From Trichosphaerium sp. ATCC 40318 (lineage: Eukaryota; Protista; Tubulinea), in assembly GCA_038496445.1 (NCBI GenBank), contig JALMLS010000438.1, positions 1 to 64,000 of the forward strand: a stretch of 64,000 nucleotides of DNA, read 5' to 3'. A model generated the notes under the pieces. That model worked only from the letters and a program-made list of their open reading frames with translations, ran no database searches and was not told the DNA's origin. Every line of letters starts with the position of its first letter. Position 1 is the first letter of the stretch. Positions 41,426 to 53,393 of the stretch are shown piece by piece. The position numbers were made by a program, and so were the translations under genes.

Positions 41426-41800
41426 ATTACGCGTCAAAAGGTACTTAGAAATTACAAAAAGGGAGAGAAATGTTGAGACTTTTTTTTCGCGTCAACGAAA
41501 TCAGCGCTATAACTTTAGACCATTTTAAGAGCTCCTGAAAGAGATCGGTTTAGTGTCACATCCTAATATGGATTAGAGGTACTTCATGGCGGATTCAGAC
41601 CTAGGATTCAGACCTCCTAGCCATGAATTATCACGTGCTTCACTTTGGAAGAACAAGTCACACCTGAAATGTAAGAAGACAAGTCCAACACTTCTGTCGC
41701 AAGAGCTAGATGACAAGCAAGGATTCAAAGCTAGGAACCATTGAGCTGTTTTTCAAACAAGGGCTTTTTTGAAAGCTGTTGCTCTATCACGTGTTGAGAT

Positions 41801-41808
41801 AAAAAAAA
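41801..41808 (-). terminator. Pol III poly-T terminator
   Basis: Run of 8 T on the minus strand at the end of the closing stem of the tRNA-like unit. Confidence 0.6.
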
Positions 41809-41939
41809 GATCCAACCCTTTCGGGAGAGAATTTTGCTACCATTACACCACAGGGGGTTCTTGTCCCCCCGCCGGGAATCGAACCACGGTCCTTAAAATT
41901 TACAGTTTTATGAGTTTCAGTTAAATTACTATTGGATCT
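41801..41939 (-). tRNA. Circularly permuted tRNA-Tyr(GTA)-like gene (3' half 41864-41912 precedes 5' half 41835-41857)
   Basis: Anticodon arm TAAAA-CTGTAAA-TTTTA, T loop GGTTCGATTCC, CGGGGGG-A, linker CAAGAA, CCCCCTG, D arm TGGTGTAATGGTAGCA; 8-bp terminal stem; T8 terminator. Confidence 0.75.
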
Positions 41940-42943
41940 GAAATTTACTGTTTGTAATTAGTCCTTTAAACACAATAAAACAGAGAGAAAAAAAATTGTG
42001 GTTTTTGGCATTCTGCTTTTTTTCTCACTATCTTTCGAAGATTTATACAATGATACGTACTTACCATTCATAACAATAGGGAAGTTTGGATAAAACCATT
42101 ATGTTTAGTGTTGACAAAACATATCTTGGGCTTCTCCTGTGCCACGAAAGTGATCTATTGTGGGGAGAAATTTATAAAAGCAACAAAAATAACTTGTATC
42201 TTTAATATATGCTTGGTTGTTGCTTAATGTAAAAAATTATGAACAAACTTCACAGCATTATTTTCCCGGAGAGCTGTCTATGAAGTTTTTTTGATAGTGC
42301 TTAGAGAGAAAAGTAAGATTGTCTTCATGTTGTCCTTCATTAATTGTAGATTCAAGATAATCACCTGTTTTTTCAAAAGCTCCAAGATTGTTAAAATATC
42401 CACATATAATGGATAGAAATTTGAGTCTATCTTGGTCATTGTTTGCTGAAAATTCCATAAAACCAGCAGCTCTATTAATAAAATCTTCCCAATCATTCCA
42501 TTCTAATCTCATATCATCACCAAAAACAATTTTATTTTGTGGACTCTTCGTGCACCTCTATTTTATTGGAAAAAAGTCAGTTATGGCTTTGCTAAAGTAT
42601 TGATGTTTTTAGCATGCCACATGGCAAAAAAAGGCTTAAAAACAAAACATCTACATTGCAATAGATACCTTTTTTTTTGGAACATAGAAGTTTAATGCCA
42701 AGTCATGTTTTGTATTGTCATAAAGAAAATAAATACTTCTATATCTTTCATAATAGCTAATTTTGCTTTTAACAATGAGTATTAGCATTGAATGGGGTGA
42801 GAAAATAGCACGTTTCTCATAAAAAAATCTACAAGCAACAGTTACATAATAGGTTAATATTAATATTGATCAAATGTTTTGCACAAAGTGAGTTTGTCGT
42901 CAGAAACAAGGTTAAATTCAAAAAAAGATGAGTCAAAAAAAAA

Positions 42944-43678
42944 TTACATTTGACTCTCAATACGCCGTTCCCACGTGACTATATTCAAACCAAACTCTCT
43001 TGCTTTGGCCTCTTGTTTACCAACACTAGTGTAATAGTGCCGTTTAAGGAAATAACGGGCAATATCGCGCCAATCTTGTGACAAGCTTGAATCGCGTATT
43101 TCTAAGTTCCAATAATATTTTACTGTCTGCTTCCAAAAACTAACGTTTGACATTATCCCTTGCCATCTCTTACAGACAACGAGTAATTTTATGATAGATT
43201 TAGAAGGATTAGAGTAGATTGTAAGAATAAATATTATAAACCAGATTTCCGGACCCACGTTTTTTCTGAATTTTTTGAAAGAAAAAATTCGAAAAAATAG
43301 AATTCGATACAAAAACTGAATGCCTATACCCACCAATGGATCACTATATGTGAGCGAAGGTCGGGTTCTAGTTCCGAGCACAGCGAGAACCCGACTGTAA
43401 GTGAACCAGGCGCTTTCTAGTTAAGTGGACTGCCCTAGCTATGCATCTTTCTGCATCTTTCTACACTTTCGAATTTTTGTTTTCGGAAAATTCGGAAACA
43501 ACTATGGCCCCCAGATTTCGGCGCATAATTCTTCTCCTTTTATACGCATAGGTGCGTTTTCAGCGTCCAAAGTACGTATAAGTTTACTTAAATCTCCGCC
43601 AAGCTCTACAAACTCTGTTACAAGGTAATGGGCTAGATGTTCATCCTGGAGCTTCTTTTTACGCATTGAAGCTGTCAT
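42944..43678 (-). pseudogene. F-box-like gene disrupted by a MITE (may continue into exons at ~42060-42560)
   Basis: Removing 43250-43510 plus one TSD restores MTASMRKKK..EELCAEIWFIIFIL..LLVVCKRWQGIMSNVSFWKQ. Confidence 0.75.
43250..43510. mobile_element. 261-bp MITE with 9-bp TSD (Mutator/MULE-like)
   Basis: Perfect CCAGATTTC at 43241-43249 and 43511-43519; ~45-bp imperfect TIRs; internal 10-bp hairpin at 43360-43395. Confidence 0.85.
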
Positions 43679-44074
43679 TTATGCTAAATACGATATTGAA
43701 GTGTTTTGACGAAAGTTGACGGATCCCGTTCCATTCTTTGGCAATAGGGTTTAGCAATGTGTGCCCGATTAGCTCTCAGGGTGTAATAAATATGACCTAC
43801 TTTGGTATGTGGGTAAAAATTGTGCACGTGTAACATGCGAGAGTGCTTGACACTTATGGATGAGATGATTAGCATTGCACTACCACAATCATAGGTATTT
43901 GAACTTGGCAAGGTATCTAAAAATACCCCACAATAGCTGTCACATAAAATAATACAAAATGAGGATTGTCAATCGATACAGCAGCCTTGCCTGGCCAGAT
44001 TGCCATTGTAAAATGACTTTGACTGCTAAGTTAACATAAAGAAATTTATTTCACAATCCTTGTCTTGACCTTGT

Positions 44075-44962
44075 CTATTTAACCTGTTTACCATTGATCC
44101 ACTTTTCTTGCATCACAAGTTGTCCAGATGGAAGCCATGCTTTTGAGGTACCATGTTGTCTACCATTAGTCCACATACTTTGAGACGCAAGTTGTCCATT
44201 CTCATACCAGTTTTTCATAATGCCATTCGGTTCACCATCTTTCACAATTGTTTGTGCCTTTAGTTTCCCATTTTCATACCATTCTTTTACTTCACCTGTT
44301 TGTTGATCATTAACCCACATACTTTGACATGATAGTTGTCCATTCCTATACCACTCTTTACCTACACCTTTCTGTATACCATCAATCCAAGTTCCGATTG
44401 ATTTGATTCTTCCATTGTTGTGGTAACAAATGATTTCACCGCTTGGTTTACCATTAACCCACATACTTTGTGCCTGAAGTTTACCATTCTCATACCACTC
44501 TGTACATACACCATCTTGTTTACCATCAAGCCAACTGACTATTTCCTTTTGTTGTCCATTTGTATACCAATGTTTTATTTTACCATTTTGCTTATTGTAA
44601 ATACAACTACCATGTACTTTGAGTTGTCCATTTGGGTGCCATGCTTTTGTTTCACCATGTTCTTTACCATTAGCCCACATGACTTGTGATTTCATCTTGC
44701 CATTGTCATGCCACATGGTTACCTTTCCATGTATTTTACCTTTAACCCATACAGATTGAACATAAAGTTGTCCATTACTATACCACTCTTTGCTTTCACC
44801 ATGTTTTTCAGTATCGACAAACGTTGTTTGTCCTTTGAGCTGTCCATTATCATAATACTCTTTACCTTCAACAGATCCATCAGTTCTACGTGTGAAGATC
44901 CCTTTGACTTTTCCATTATCATGATATGTTTTCACTTGCTCTTCTTCTGGCGGGGAACTCAT
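44075..44962 (-). CDS. MORN-variant (YwqK-like) repeat protein, intronless
   Basis: About 12 repeats of ~24 aa with the EWYxNGQL..WVNGKxxG pattern. Confidence 0.85.
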   Translation of the reverse strand: MSSPPEEEQVKTYHDNGKVKGIFTRRTDGSVEGKEYYDNGQLKGQTTFVDTEKHGESKEWYSNGQLYVQSVWVKGKIHGKVTMWHDNGKMKSQVMWANGKEHGETKAWHPNGQLKVHGSCIYNKQNGKIKHWYTNGQQKEIVSWLDGKQDGVCTEWYENGKLQAQSMWVNGKPSGEIICYHNNGRIKSIGTWIDGIQKGVGKEWYRNGQLSCQSMWVNDQQTGEVKEWYENGKLKAQTIVKDGEPNGIMKNWYENGQLASQSMWTNGRQHGTSKAWLPSGQLVMQEKWINGKQVK

Positions 44963-46443
44963 GATTTGTTTTGATTTAAATTGAGATAAACTAACGAGAA
45001 AAAGTAAGTAAGAAATACTGAGCAGATAATATTTGGTTTAAGGCGCCTTTAATATTCTTATATTATTCCAAGTTTTGTACTTGAGCACGTGTAAACCAAA
45101 ATACTTCGTTGTAACACGAGTTTTGATGAAAAAATGTGCATGGTATTCGTAAAAAATTATGGAAAAAACTCTGTAGCAAGGGAGGGGAGAACGTATTGTT
45201 TTTGTTTCATTCTCGCTTTCAATAAACAACAAAAACTACGCAATGTTGCGAAGAACTCGCTCTCCTTTGTAAAAAGAGTTGGCGATACTTTTACAACATA
45301 CACTCGTCCTATGGCTTTAGGGTTTCGAGGCCAAAGTGCAAATCAAGCTGTTGAGAATGAAAAACAAAATAAAAGGGCAAACACAACCATTACGCCTTGG
45401 GACATGCAAAAAACAACGCTATAACGTTGTAAAGCAGTGATATTCGACAAAAAAACTTTTTTGTTTTTCCTCCGTTGCGTAGCACATTGCTTGCGAAAAT
45501 TCGGCGTGTGGAAGGTTTAAAAACAATTTTGTACCTTAAGTGTATAAAATAACCAAATCCAGTTAGAACGCGTTCAAATTAACCACTGCGAGTACTAACA
45601 GCGATAAACTAAGAAAAGTAAATAATTACGCTTGTTTATGGTTTTCGCAGATATAAAGGTAAATTTGCGGTTTATACACTGTGAGTAGTGGTTTTCTTAC
45701 CTTTAAAGAGTGTTGTTGGTTTATCCTCCGCTTAATACGAAGTTAAGTTGTGGTTCTTCGTTAGTGCATCGTTTTCCAATACTTTCGAATCACTTATGGG
45801 CCTTAAAGTGATTTATTAGTAATTCTGCTTGTTCTAGGAGTAGAATAGTAGGTGCCTTTTCAACCAAAAACGTCTTTACCAATACCACGTGCCTGTAGTA
45901 TTTTGTTACACTTTTTGTTTTTTGCTGATTCCCTTCAATAACATCATATAATGTTTGTAAGTCATAAGACATGTGGTCAGGTACAGTAATTAACGTGCAA
46001 TTACTTTTTACTGGCCGTATTTGCCTTGTATGGGAACCTGTTTCTGCTGCTTTGCGCTCCTTGCCGTAACTGGCGAATAACGCTTTTCTAACATTAAAAA
46101 CAGTAGAGTACCATGTGATTCAACTTGTTTGTCAGGAATCTTGCCTTGGGGACGTAACTTACCCATCTATAACTCTCAGTTGACGAAAAGGCAAGACGTT
46201 GCTATGTGAAGGCTAGCATCGCTCTGTTTTTGTATGTCGTTTGATTTGCTTTGCAGAATGCTCTTCTTTTCAATTAGGTCGCTTCGCATTTATTCCACAA
46301 ACTACAATACAAATACTAGCTGGCAGCTACTGTCTTTAAATTTGATTTATTATTTAGAATATTGCACGTGAATAAATTAGTACAACAGTGTTACTAGCAA
46401 CTGGTTACTAAGGTCTTATTTTTCTGCCTTAAATGTCATAATA

Positions 46444-47811
46444 TTAGTATCCATCTACCTGTACACCTTTTGCTTTGAGATCACTAATACATTCGTTTGC
46501 AATAGAAATGACGCCACATAGATTGATCCTGTGTATGCTTGTCAATGCTTTAATACCTTTGTCAGTTATATGATTACAAAAACACAAGTTTATGTCTTTT
46601 ACACCAGACAGTGGAACAAGCCAATCATCTGTTGCATTTGTGCAAGATATATCTATGCTATATGAAGCGGTAAGACTTTTCATACACGATCCATTAATAC
46701 CTTTACAACCTGATAGATCAATTGTATGTACACCAACTAGTTTTGATACACCTTCATCCGTGATGTGTTGACAGTTATATACGTATATTGTATGTACACC
46801 AGCCAATGCTGAGATACCAATATCTGTTACCTGCGTTTGATTCAAGCATATTTTGTGTACACCAGCCAATGCCGAAATACCTTTATCTGTGATGCATTCG
46901 CATTTGTGTAGGTATATTGTATGTACACCAGCTAATGCTGAGATGCCATTATCTGTCACTGAAGTGTTGCTCAAACGTATGGTATGAACACCAGCCAATG
47001 CTGAGATTCCTTTGTCTGTGATTTTACAATGCTGTAAGTGTATTGTATGCACACCAGCCAATGCCGAAATTCCTTTGTCTGTGATATGTTTGCATTGGTT
47101 GAGGTTTATTGTGTGTACACCAGCCAACGCTGAAATTCCTTTGTCTGTGACGGATGTAAAAGATAGTTGTATTGAATGAACACCAGCCAATGCTGAAATT
47201 CCTTTGTCGGTGATACACATACATTCATTCAATTTTATGGTATGTACTCCAGACAACTTAGACAATACTTCATCTGTAATTTTTGAATGTGGCACACTTA
47301 TACTTGGTACTCCTGCAAGCGCTTTCAAACCCTCTAGTGTAATTTTATTCCTTGCACCTATATAAATATGTTTGAGGTGTTTGACGAGTGGTATTATCCC
47401 TGAGTCTGTAATTCTTGGACACCCAAACAATGCCAAGTTCTTTACACCACAAATATAGTTCAAACCTATGTTTGTTATGTTCTCATTGTAAAACAATTCC
47501 AGGGAGTGAACACCGGAAAGAAATGCGAGATCTTTATCTGTTCCTCCGGTACAAAACTGGATTTTGGTGTTTTTTAGGAGAGGACTGCCATGAAGGCGGG
47601 AACACTGTTCACGTGACTGAAGCTTGATATAATTGTAGCCAATATGATGGTGAACGATGTCTGATAATCGTTTACAGCTTTGAGAAACGGGAAATCGTAC
47701 CAAACGCTGCGTGAATGATAGTATATGAGCGAGTATCTCTGTTGGTATGTCTAAAAGCTCAATATCGTACGAATTCTGTAATTGTCCATTAAAAGCTGCT
47801 TTAGAACGCAT
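46444..47811 (-). CDS. F-box/LRR protein, intronless
   Basis: LLDIPTEILAHILSF F-box; many ITDKGISALAGVHTIxL repeats. Confidence 0.9.
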   Translation of the reverse strand: MRSKAAFNGQLQNSYDIELLDIPTEILAHILSFTQRLVRFPVSQSCKRLSDIVHHHIGYNYIKLQSREQCSRLHGSPLLKNTKIQFCTGGTDKDLAFLSGVHSLELFYNENITNIGLNYICGVKNLALFGCPRITDSGIIPLVKHLKHIYIGARNKITLEGLKALAGVPSISVPHSKITDEVLSKLSGVHTIKLNECMCITDKGISALAGVHSIQLSFTSVTDKGISALAGVHTINLNQCKHITDKGISALAGVHTIHLQHCKITDKGISALAGVHTIRLSNTSVTDNGISALAGVHTIYLHKCECITDKGISALAGVHKICLNQTQVTDIGISALAGVHTIYVYNCQHITDEGVSKLVGVHTIDLSGCKGINGSCMKSLTASYSIDISCTNATDDWLVPLSGVKDINLCFCNHITDKGIKALTSIHRINLCGVISIANECISDLKAKGVQVDGY

Positions 47812-48066
47812 AGTGAGCACTGGGGTTTTTTAAATAAACAATATAATGTAGTTCTTGTGCTGTGACCTAACGAACTCTAAACTTAAAATGATTCAGAGAA
47901 TGTTTGTTGATCACGTGAAGGACTTCTATGAGTGACTTAACTACAACGCTCTTCTGCAAATATCCTCAACACTGGGTAACTGTTTTAAAATATGGAGAAC
48001 GTCAGCACTGATTGTAGTCTAGGTGCTGGAATCGAATTTGTTAGTGAAACCAGCAAAGTTGGTAGT

Positions 48067-49739
48067 TTATTTTTGTTTTATCTTATTGCTTTGTTTAGGA
48101 GGTAAATACTTATCCCATTTTTTATCTTTAAAGTTTTGAGTGAATCCCATTAGGAACACTGATCCAAAAAGAGAAGGAAAGTACTAAAAGAAAAAAGTAA
48201 GAAAATATTACTACCAAAAATAAAAAAAATTTGCTCTCGTAAATCCTTGCCTTATAAAAAATAAGTGTAATACTGTTTAAAACACCTTCTGTGTATATCT
48301 CATCACCGCGTGATATAGCTGTTTTATACTCTTGAACAGCACTCTAACAGTAAAATAGTCAAAAGTAAATAGTTGTTTTGGCTTCACAAAAAAAGAAAAA
48401 TTCCTAACCTTTAAGTTGTATGCAAGCGTTGCTGCAGTCTTTTGCATAGCCTCAGGCATTTCCATATTCTTATTATCAGCCATCCTTAAGTGATCGAGAA
48501 ACTCAGTTTCAAGCGGACCAGGGCAAATCAAAGTGACGTTTAACCCTTCCATCCGCACACTTTCAAAAAATCCTAGCAAGAAAAAAATAAGAATGTTCAA
48601 TAGTTCCGATAAAATCCAAAATGACCATTCATAGCTCATTTGAGCAGCATGGATTTACTACGAAAATTACGGCGACATACCTCTCATTCCAACCTTAGAA
48701 GAACAGTATATTGAAGCCATTGGTTGTGATAACAAACCTAAGATTGTAACACTAAGCTTGGAAAAACAAAACAGGATTACGAGAACTCATACCTGCCATT
48801 GAAGCAACAGGCGCAATAGTGCCTTTTGATGCTCTGATATACTTTGCAGCATGTACAGTGACGTATATAGCACCTCTGAGGTTGACATCTATTAGATTAT
48901 TGATTGTTTGTTCTCCTTCAACATAGCTATCTGCAACACCAAAAGATCCAACACCTTCGAAATAAATTATTTAAAAAAACATCCAAATTGGTAGCACTAT
49001 GAGCCATCAGGACCCAAAAAAAAGCAAGCCGGTAAGAACTGCATCAATGTATTTACTCACGAGCTCATTTATACGCCAAAGTAACGTTGGCATAGCGAGA
49101 TTTTAATAATTTATTTTGGTTGATGAAAAAAAAAAGAAATAAAATTACGATACAACGCTGACTTGCCTGCGTTTGGAATGAGTAAGTCTATACCACCAAA
49201 ATGCTTTACTGCAGACTCAATTAGATTCCTTTTAAAGCGGTTAATAATTTTGTTTTGTTTTAGCGTACTTTGATTGTTGAAAGTCCTTCACGTCAGTCTC
49301 GACGATAAGAGGAGTTCCTCCCAACTCTGAAATCTTTTTTGCAACGGTTTTTAACTTATCCCCTCGTCTCGCCGCTATTACTACGCTAAAGAGATGTGAA
49401 ATCACAAACACACGCAGTGTTAGTACTTCGCGCCGTCTTTAGCGTATGCTAAAGCTAACTCTTCTCCAATCCCTGAAGACGCACCAGTTATCACTACAGT
49501 CTTATTCTTGTAGCTTTTATTGCCTGCACAACATTTAAAAGTCGTATTAGACTGCCTGTACCCGCAAAATACGCGCGAACGCTTTTTGCACACCGCCACA
49601 GTAGGTACAAAGCTCCTAAAGTAGCAACCGCATACGCTACAGGCGCGTACACTGAAAGTGTCACACGGAATGTCTCATTAGCTTCAAGTTCATTGCTCTG
49701 CGCGAAAGAAATGCCAGTCCAAGGCGAATTCCAGTCCAT
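48067..49739 (-). CDS. Short-chain dehydrogenase/reductase (DHRS7/11beta-HSD-like) with N-terminal TM
   Basis: VITGASSGIG, NAG, YCSSK catalytic motif, CPGPLETEF. Confidence 0.9.
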
Positions 49740-49969
49740 CACCAAGATTAACCGGTTGACAGCTAAAAAACTTATTACTTCCTTTCAGATGGCGTTTTTA
49801 GGTTAGCAATGATGTTATAACCGCAAACACGAACAACAAAGGTGTTTTGCATGACATTGCTACAACTTTCGTGAAACGTACTGTTTTCTTTTGAGAGGTA
49901 GGTACTGAAGTAAGAAGTGTATAACGGGACGAAATTACACAGCTAGCAGTATTTTTAAGTCATGTCAAA

Positions 49970-52900
49970 ATGTCACAGACAATCTTATCAAGCATGAGGT
50001 GTTGGGTGTTGGCACTTTTATTGCTTATTCTAACATGCCACACGCTTGCTCAGCCACCTACAAATAGTAACGTGACTGATCCAAGCTTAATCGAGAAACA
50101 GGAAGAGAAAGACGAATCAGTGTTCAGTTTTAGTATCTTATTGATACTGGGGCTTTTGTTAGTGACTTTTGTGATTGGCTATGTGCTACGGGAAACAAAC
50201 TTCAAATATCTACACGAATCTGGCGCTGGTATTATTCTAGGCGTACGTATAGGACATAAACGAGTTGAACCGCTAAAAAACTTTGACGTAGATTGCCGTT
50301 GGCGCTATTATTCGATCTTTTGCGAGCGAAGACAGGCTAAAGCAGATAGCTGTCTTTAACCCAGAGTTTTTTTTTTTAATTCTGCTTCCACCTATCATAT
50401 TCGACGCCGGATACAACATGAAACGCGTACGACCATTATAAACTTCAATTTCCAAGTGTACCAGTCGGGAAGTACAATAATCTTTTCTGACTCTCCGATT
50501 GACACGTTAAACTATTGAAGAGATGTTATTTACGCTGTTAACATACTTTAGGGTCACTTCTTTTATAATTTTGGGAGTATCGTTTCATTTGCGTTTATTG
50601 GCACACTTATATCTGCTTTTTCAACAGCTGGTAATGGTTTAAATACATATACAGTATACTGACTATACTTAGGTATACTCATAGCTGTCAAAAAGATGGG
50701 TTGGATCAACTTAGGATATTTTGAATGTTTTATCTTCGGTATACAACCCAAACCAATCCCTTCTCCTCTTTATCGCTCAAAATATCCCTACACATTGCTC
50801 TACTTATCTTCAACAGTGTTTTGTTTCCAGTCATGTTGAGTGAACCTTTTTTTGACTTGAACTCCTTCTTTACCCATTTTATCGTATACAGGCGCACCAG
50901 CGTAATTTTTACGACTTTTTAACCGTGTTTTAACACCACGAAAGTGAAATTACGGGTTTTTATTGAATTTTTTTTTATTTGTTTTTAAATGTCTTTATTG
51001 TAGGCGCTCTTATCTCAGCTACTGATCCAGTTACTGTTCTATCTATTTTCAAACAGCTTGGTGTAGATGATAACTTATACGCAAATGTTTTCGGTGAAAG
51101 CGTTTTAAATGATGCTGTTGCTATTGCTTTGTATCGGTACGACTTTGTGGTCAGCGCTTATTGTCGCTAGACCTTTGTGGTTGTTCTTTACTAATATATT
51201 TGTGTACAGTACTATTGCCAACTACGCTGGTGGTACTGCAGGTGCTCTGAAGGCCACGTCTATCTTAAGCTCTGTTCTGGATTTTTCAAGAATTTTCTTT
51301 GGTTCTTTCTTTATTGCTGTTATTACTGGCCTGCTTGCTTCTCTTGTACGTTCGCTACTTTAAATTATACCAAGTACTCACATGAGAGCATTATTTATTG
51401 TACTGAAAGGACTATTGATGCTGATCTTTCTTGTAGTTGTTCAAACATACAAAACTTCACAAGTTTCCTATCCTTGAGAGTGCTATATTCCTTATATACG
51501 CTTACTGCAGTTATCTTCTTGCTGAAGGACTTAGATTATCAGGTATTGTTGCTATACTATTTCATGGTATTGTTATGGCTCATTATACATACAATAACTT
51601 ATCAAGGTACAGTTTTTTCCTTCGGTTACTACAACACGTTTTTATCTAACACTAATACAAGGGAGTCGCAAAACATCACTAGAAAGTCACTTGAAGTAAT
51701 AGCTTTCATTGCAGAGATTGTTGTATTTATTTTCTTGGGTACGTTTCGTTCGATAAATGAATAATTTCGCACGTGATTAAGGCAAAACGCCAAAAATAGC
51801 ATGTTGTTAAATAATTATTTTAGGAATGGCTATATTTAGTTTCGGTCAAGATTACGATCCTGCTCTTATAGCTGTATCAATATTGGCTATTCTGCTCACA
51901 CGTGCTATTCATATATTCCCATTGAGTTTATCCATCAACTGCCTACGTAAAGAGGAGCATAGGATCAAGTGGAGAGACTCTACTATGTTGTGGTTCTCAG
52001 GTAATCATTTTGACTATTTTTTTTTTTCAACTCATTTTATTCTATAGGCTTGCGTGGTGCTATTGCATTTGCTTTGGCTTTAAATGCTAGATTATTATCA
52101 GAACATGGTTCAAAGGTCTTGACAACAACTTTGGTTATCGTCGTGGCTACAGTGATCATTCTTGGAGGTAACATTAGCCTATTTCTTTCTTTGACCTAAC
52201 ATTCTTGTCAAGGATTAACCAAGCCGATGGTGGATTGTTTAAAGATTAAAAAGATTTATCCAAGACCTAAATATGATCCAATAGCAGTATTAAGGCAAAA
52301 GGAATTCGTTAGAAAGGTATGAAGAACGCAGATTTTAATTTGAAAACAAAGTTAACTTACCTGTTATTTAGAACATATTTATGAGATTCGATCGTCTTTA
52401 TCTTAAACCTTTCTTTACAAGAGCAAAGGTACCTGGTACAGCTCCTGCACCAGGTAGTGCTACAACAAGAAATATTCCGCTCAGGTACGGAAAAACAATT
52501 AGAAAGTTTTTCTCTCTTTCAACTAAAATGTTGTTCTCTCTGTTCTATTGTACAATTACTAATATTCTATTTCAGTAACATCACAATTAATCAAGCTCAA
52601 GTTGTAAGCGGTGATCATTCAAGTGATTCAGACGACGGTACGTAGATAAAACAGTAAATGAGTAACGTCTAAAGTTTTTTTGTTAGGAGCAGTAAGTCCG
52701 GGTGCAATGAGTCCTGGAGCTGTAAGCCCAGGGGCTGTAAGTCCTACACCTATGTCACCACGTAGTGATGTATCATTATCATCAATCAGAAATGATCAGG
52801 TTGAGGTAGGTGGACATTTTTCTTGAATTCTTTGACCAGTCAAACCTCGTCACATGCTTTTTTTTTCTTGAATAATTTCGCCACAGCGCTCGTTTTTAAT

Positions 52901-52985
52901 ATGTCAATTATCTTATTTAATATCTTTTTAGACAAATATAATAACAAATGACTCAGATACAGTTATCGCTTTAGACGATGCATGA
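49970..52985 (+). CDS. Na+/H+ exchanger (CPA1, NHE8/NHX-like)
   Basis: [64 protein letters not shown]. Confidence 0.93.
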
Positions 52986-53393
52986 TTATTAAATACAATA
53001 CATTTACACAAAACAAACAAAAAAAAAAGAAAAAAAAAAGAAAAGAATGGGTAGTTTATGAGGAAGGAGTTTTATCGATGGAAATATTATTGTATGTACA
53101 TACAAAAAAGCTTCAATAATATTTACACCGAGTACCTTCAAAACAAAAAATAAAAGAAAGCCTCCAAAGACTTTGAAAGCAAACTGCTCGTTTTTTTTCT
53201 TTTTTTTTTTCTTTTTTCTCAAAACACATAAATCTGATGGCAGCAAGCATCAAACAAAGCCTATTTATTAATAGAAATCTATACAAAGTAAGTGTTTGCT
53301 ACACTGCAAAAGTTAGGCTTGCTGCTTACAGGCAAGCTGCCGTTATTACTGGTTTTTCTTGTTTTTAGTTTCATGTTCATTTTTTTGCCTCAC

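Noticed and set aside
41801-41939. Two-piece permuted tmRNA or an ordinary tRNA gene
   Set aside because: No G3-U70 Ala determinant or tag ORF, and an intact Tyr anticodon arm is present; read linearly there is no D arm or 5' acceptor upstream of the anticodon arm.
46700-47300. CRISPR-like array from regular repeats
   Set aside because: The repeats are in-frame LRR coding units with no unique spacers or cas genes.
42200-47900. Endogenous giant-virus insertion
   Set aside because: Only repeat-protein families are present; no capsid, polB, packaging ATPase or other hallmark gene, and these genes are interleaved with spliced host genes.
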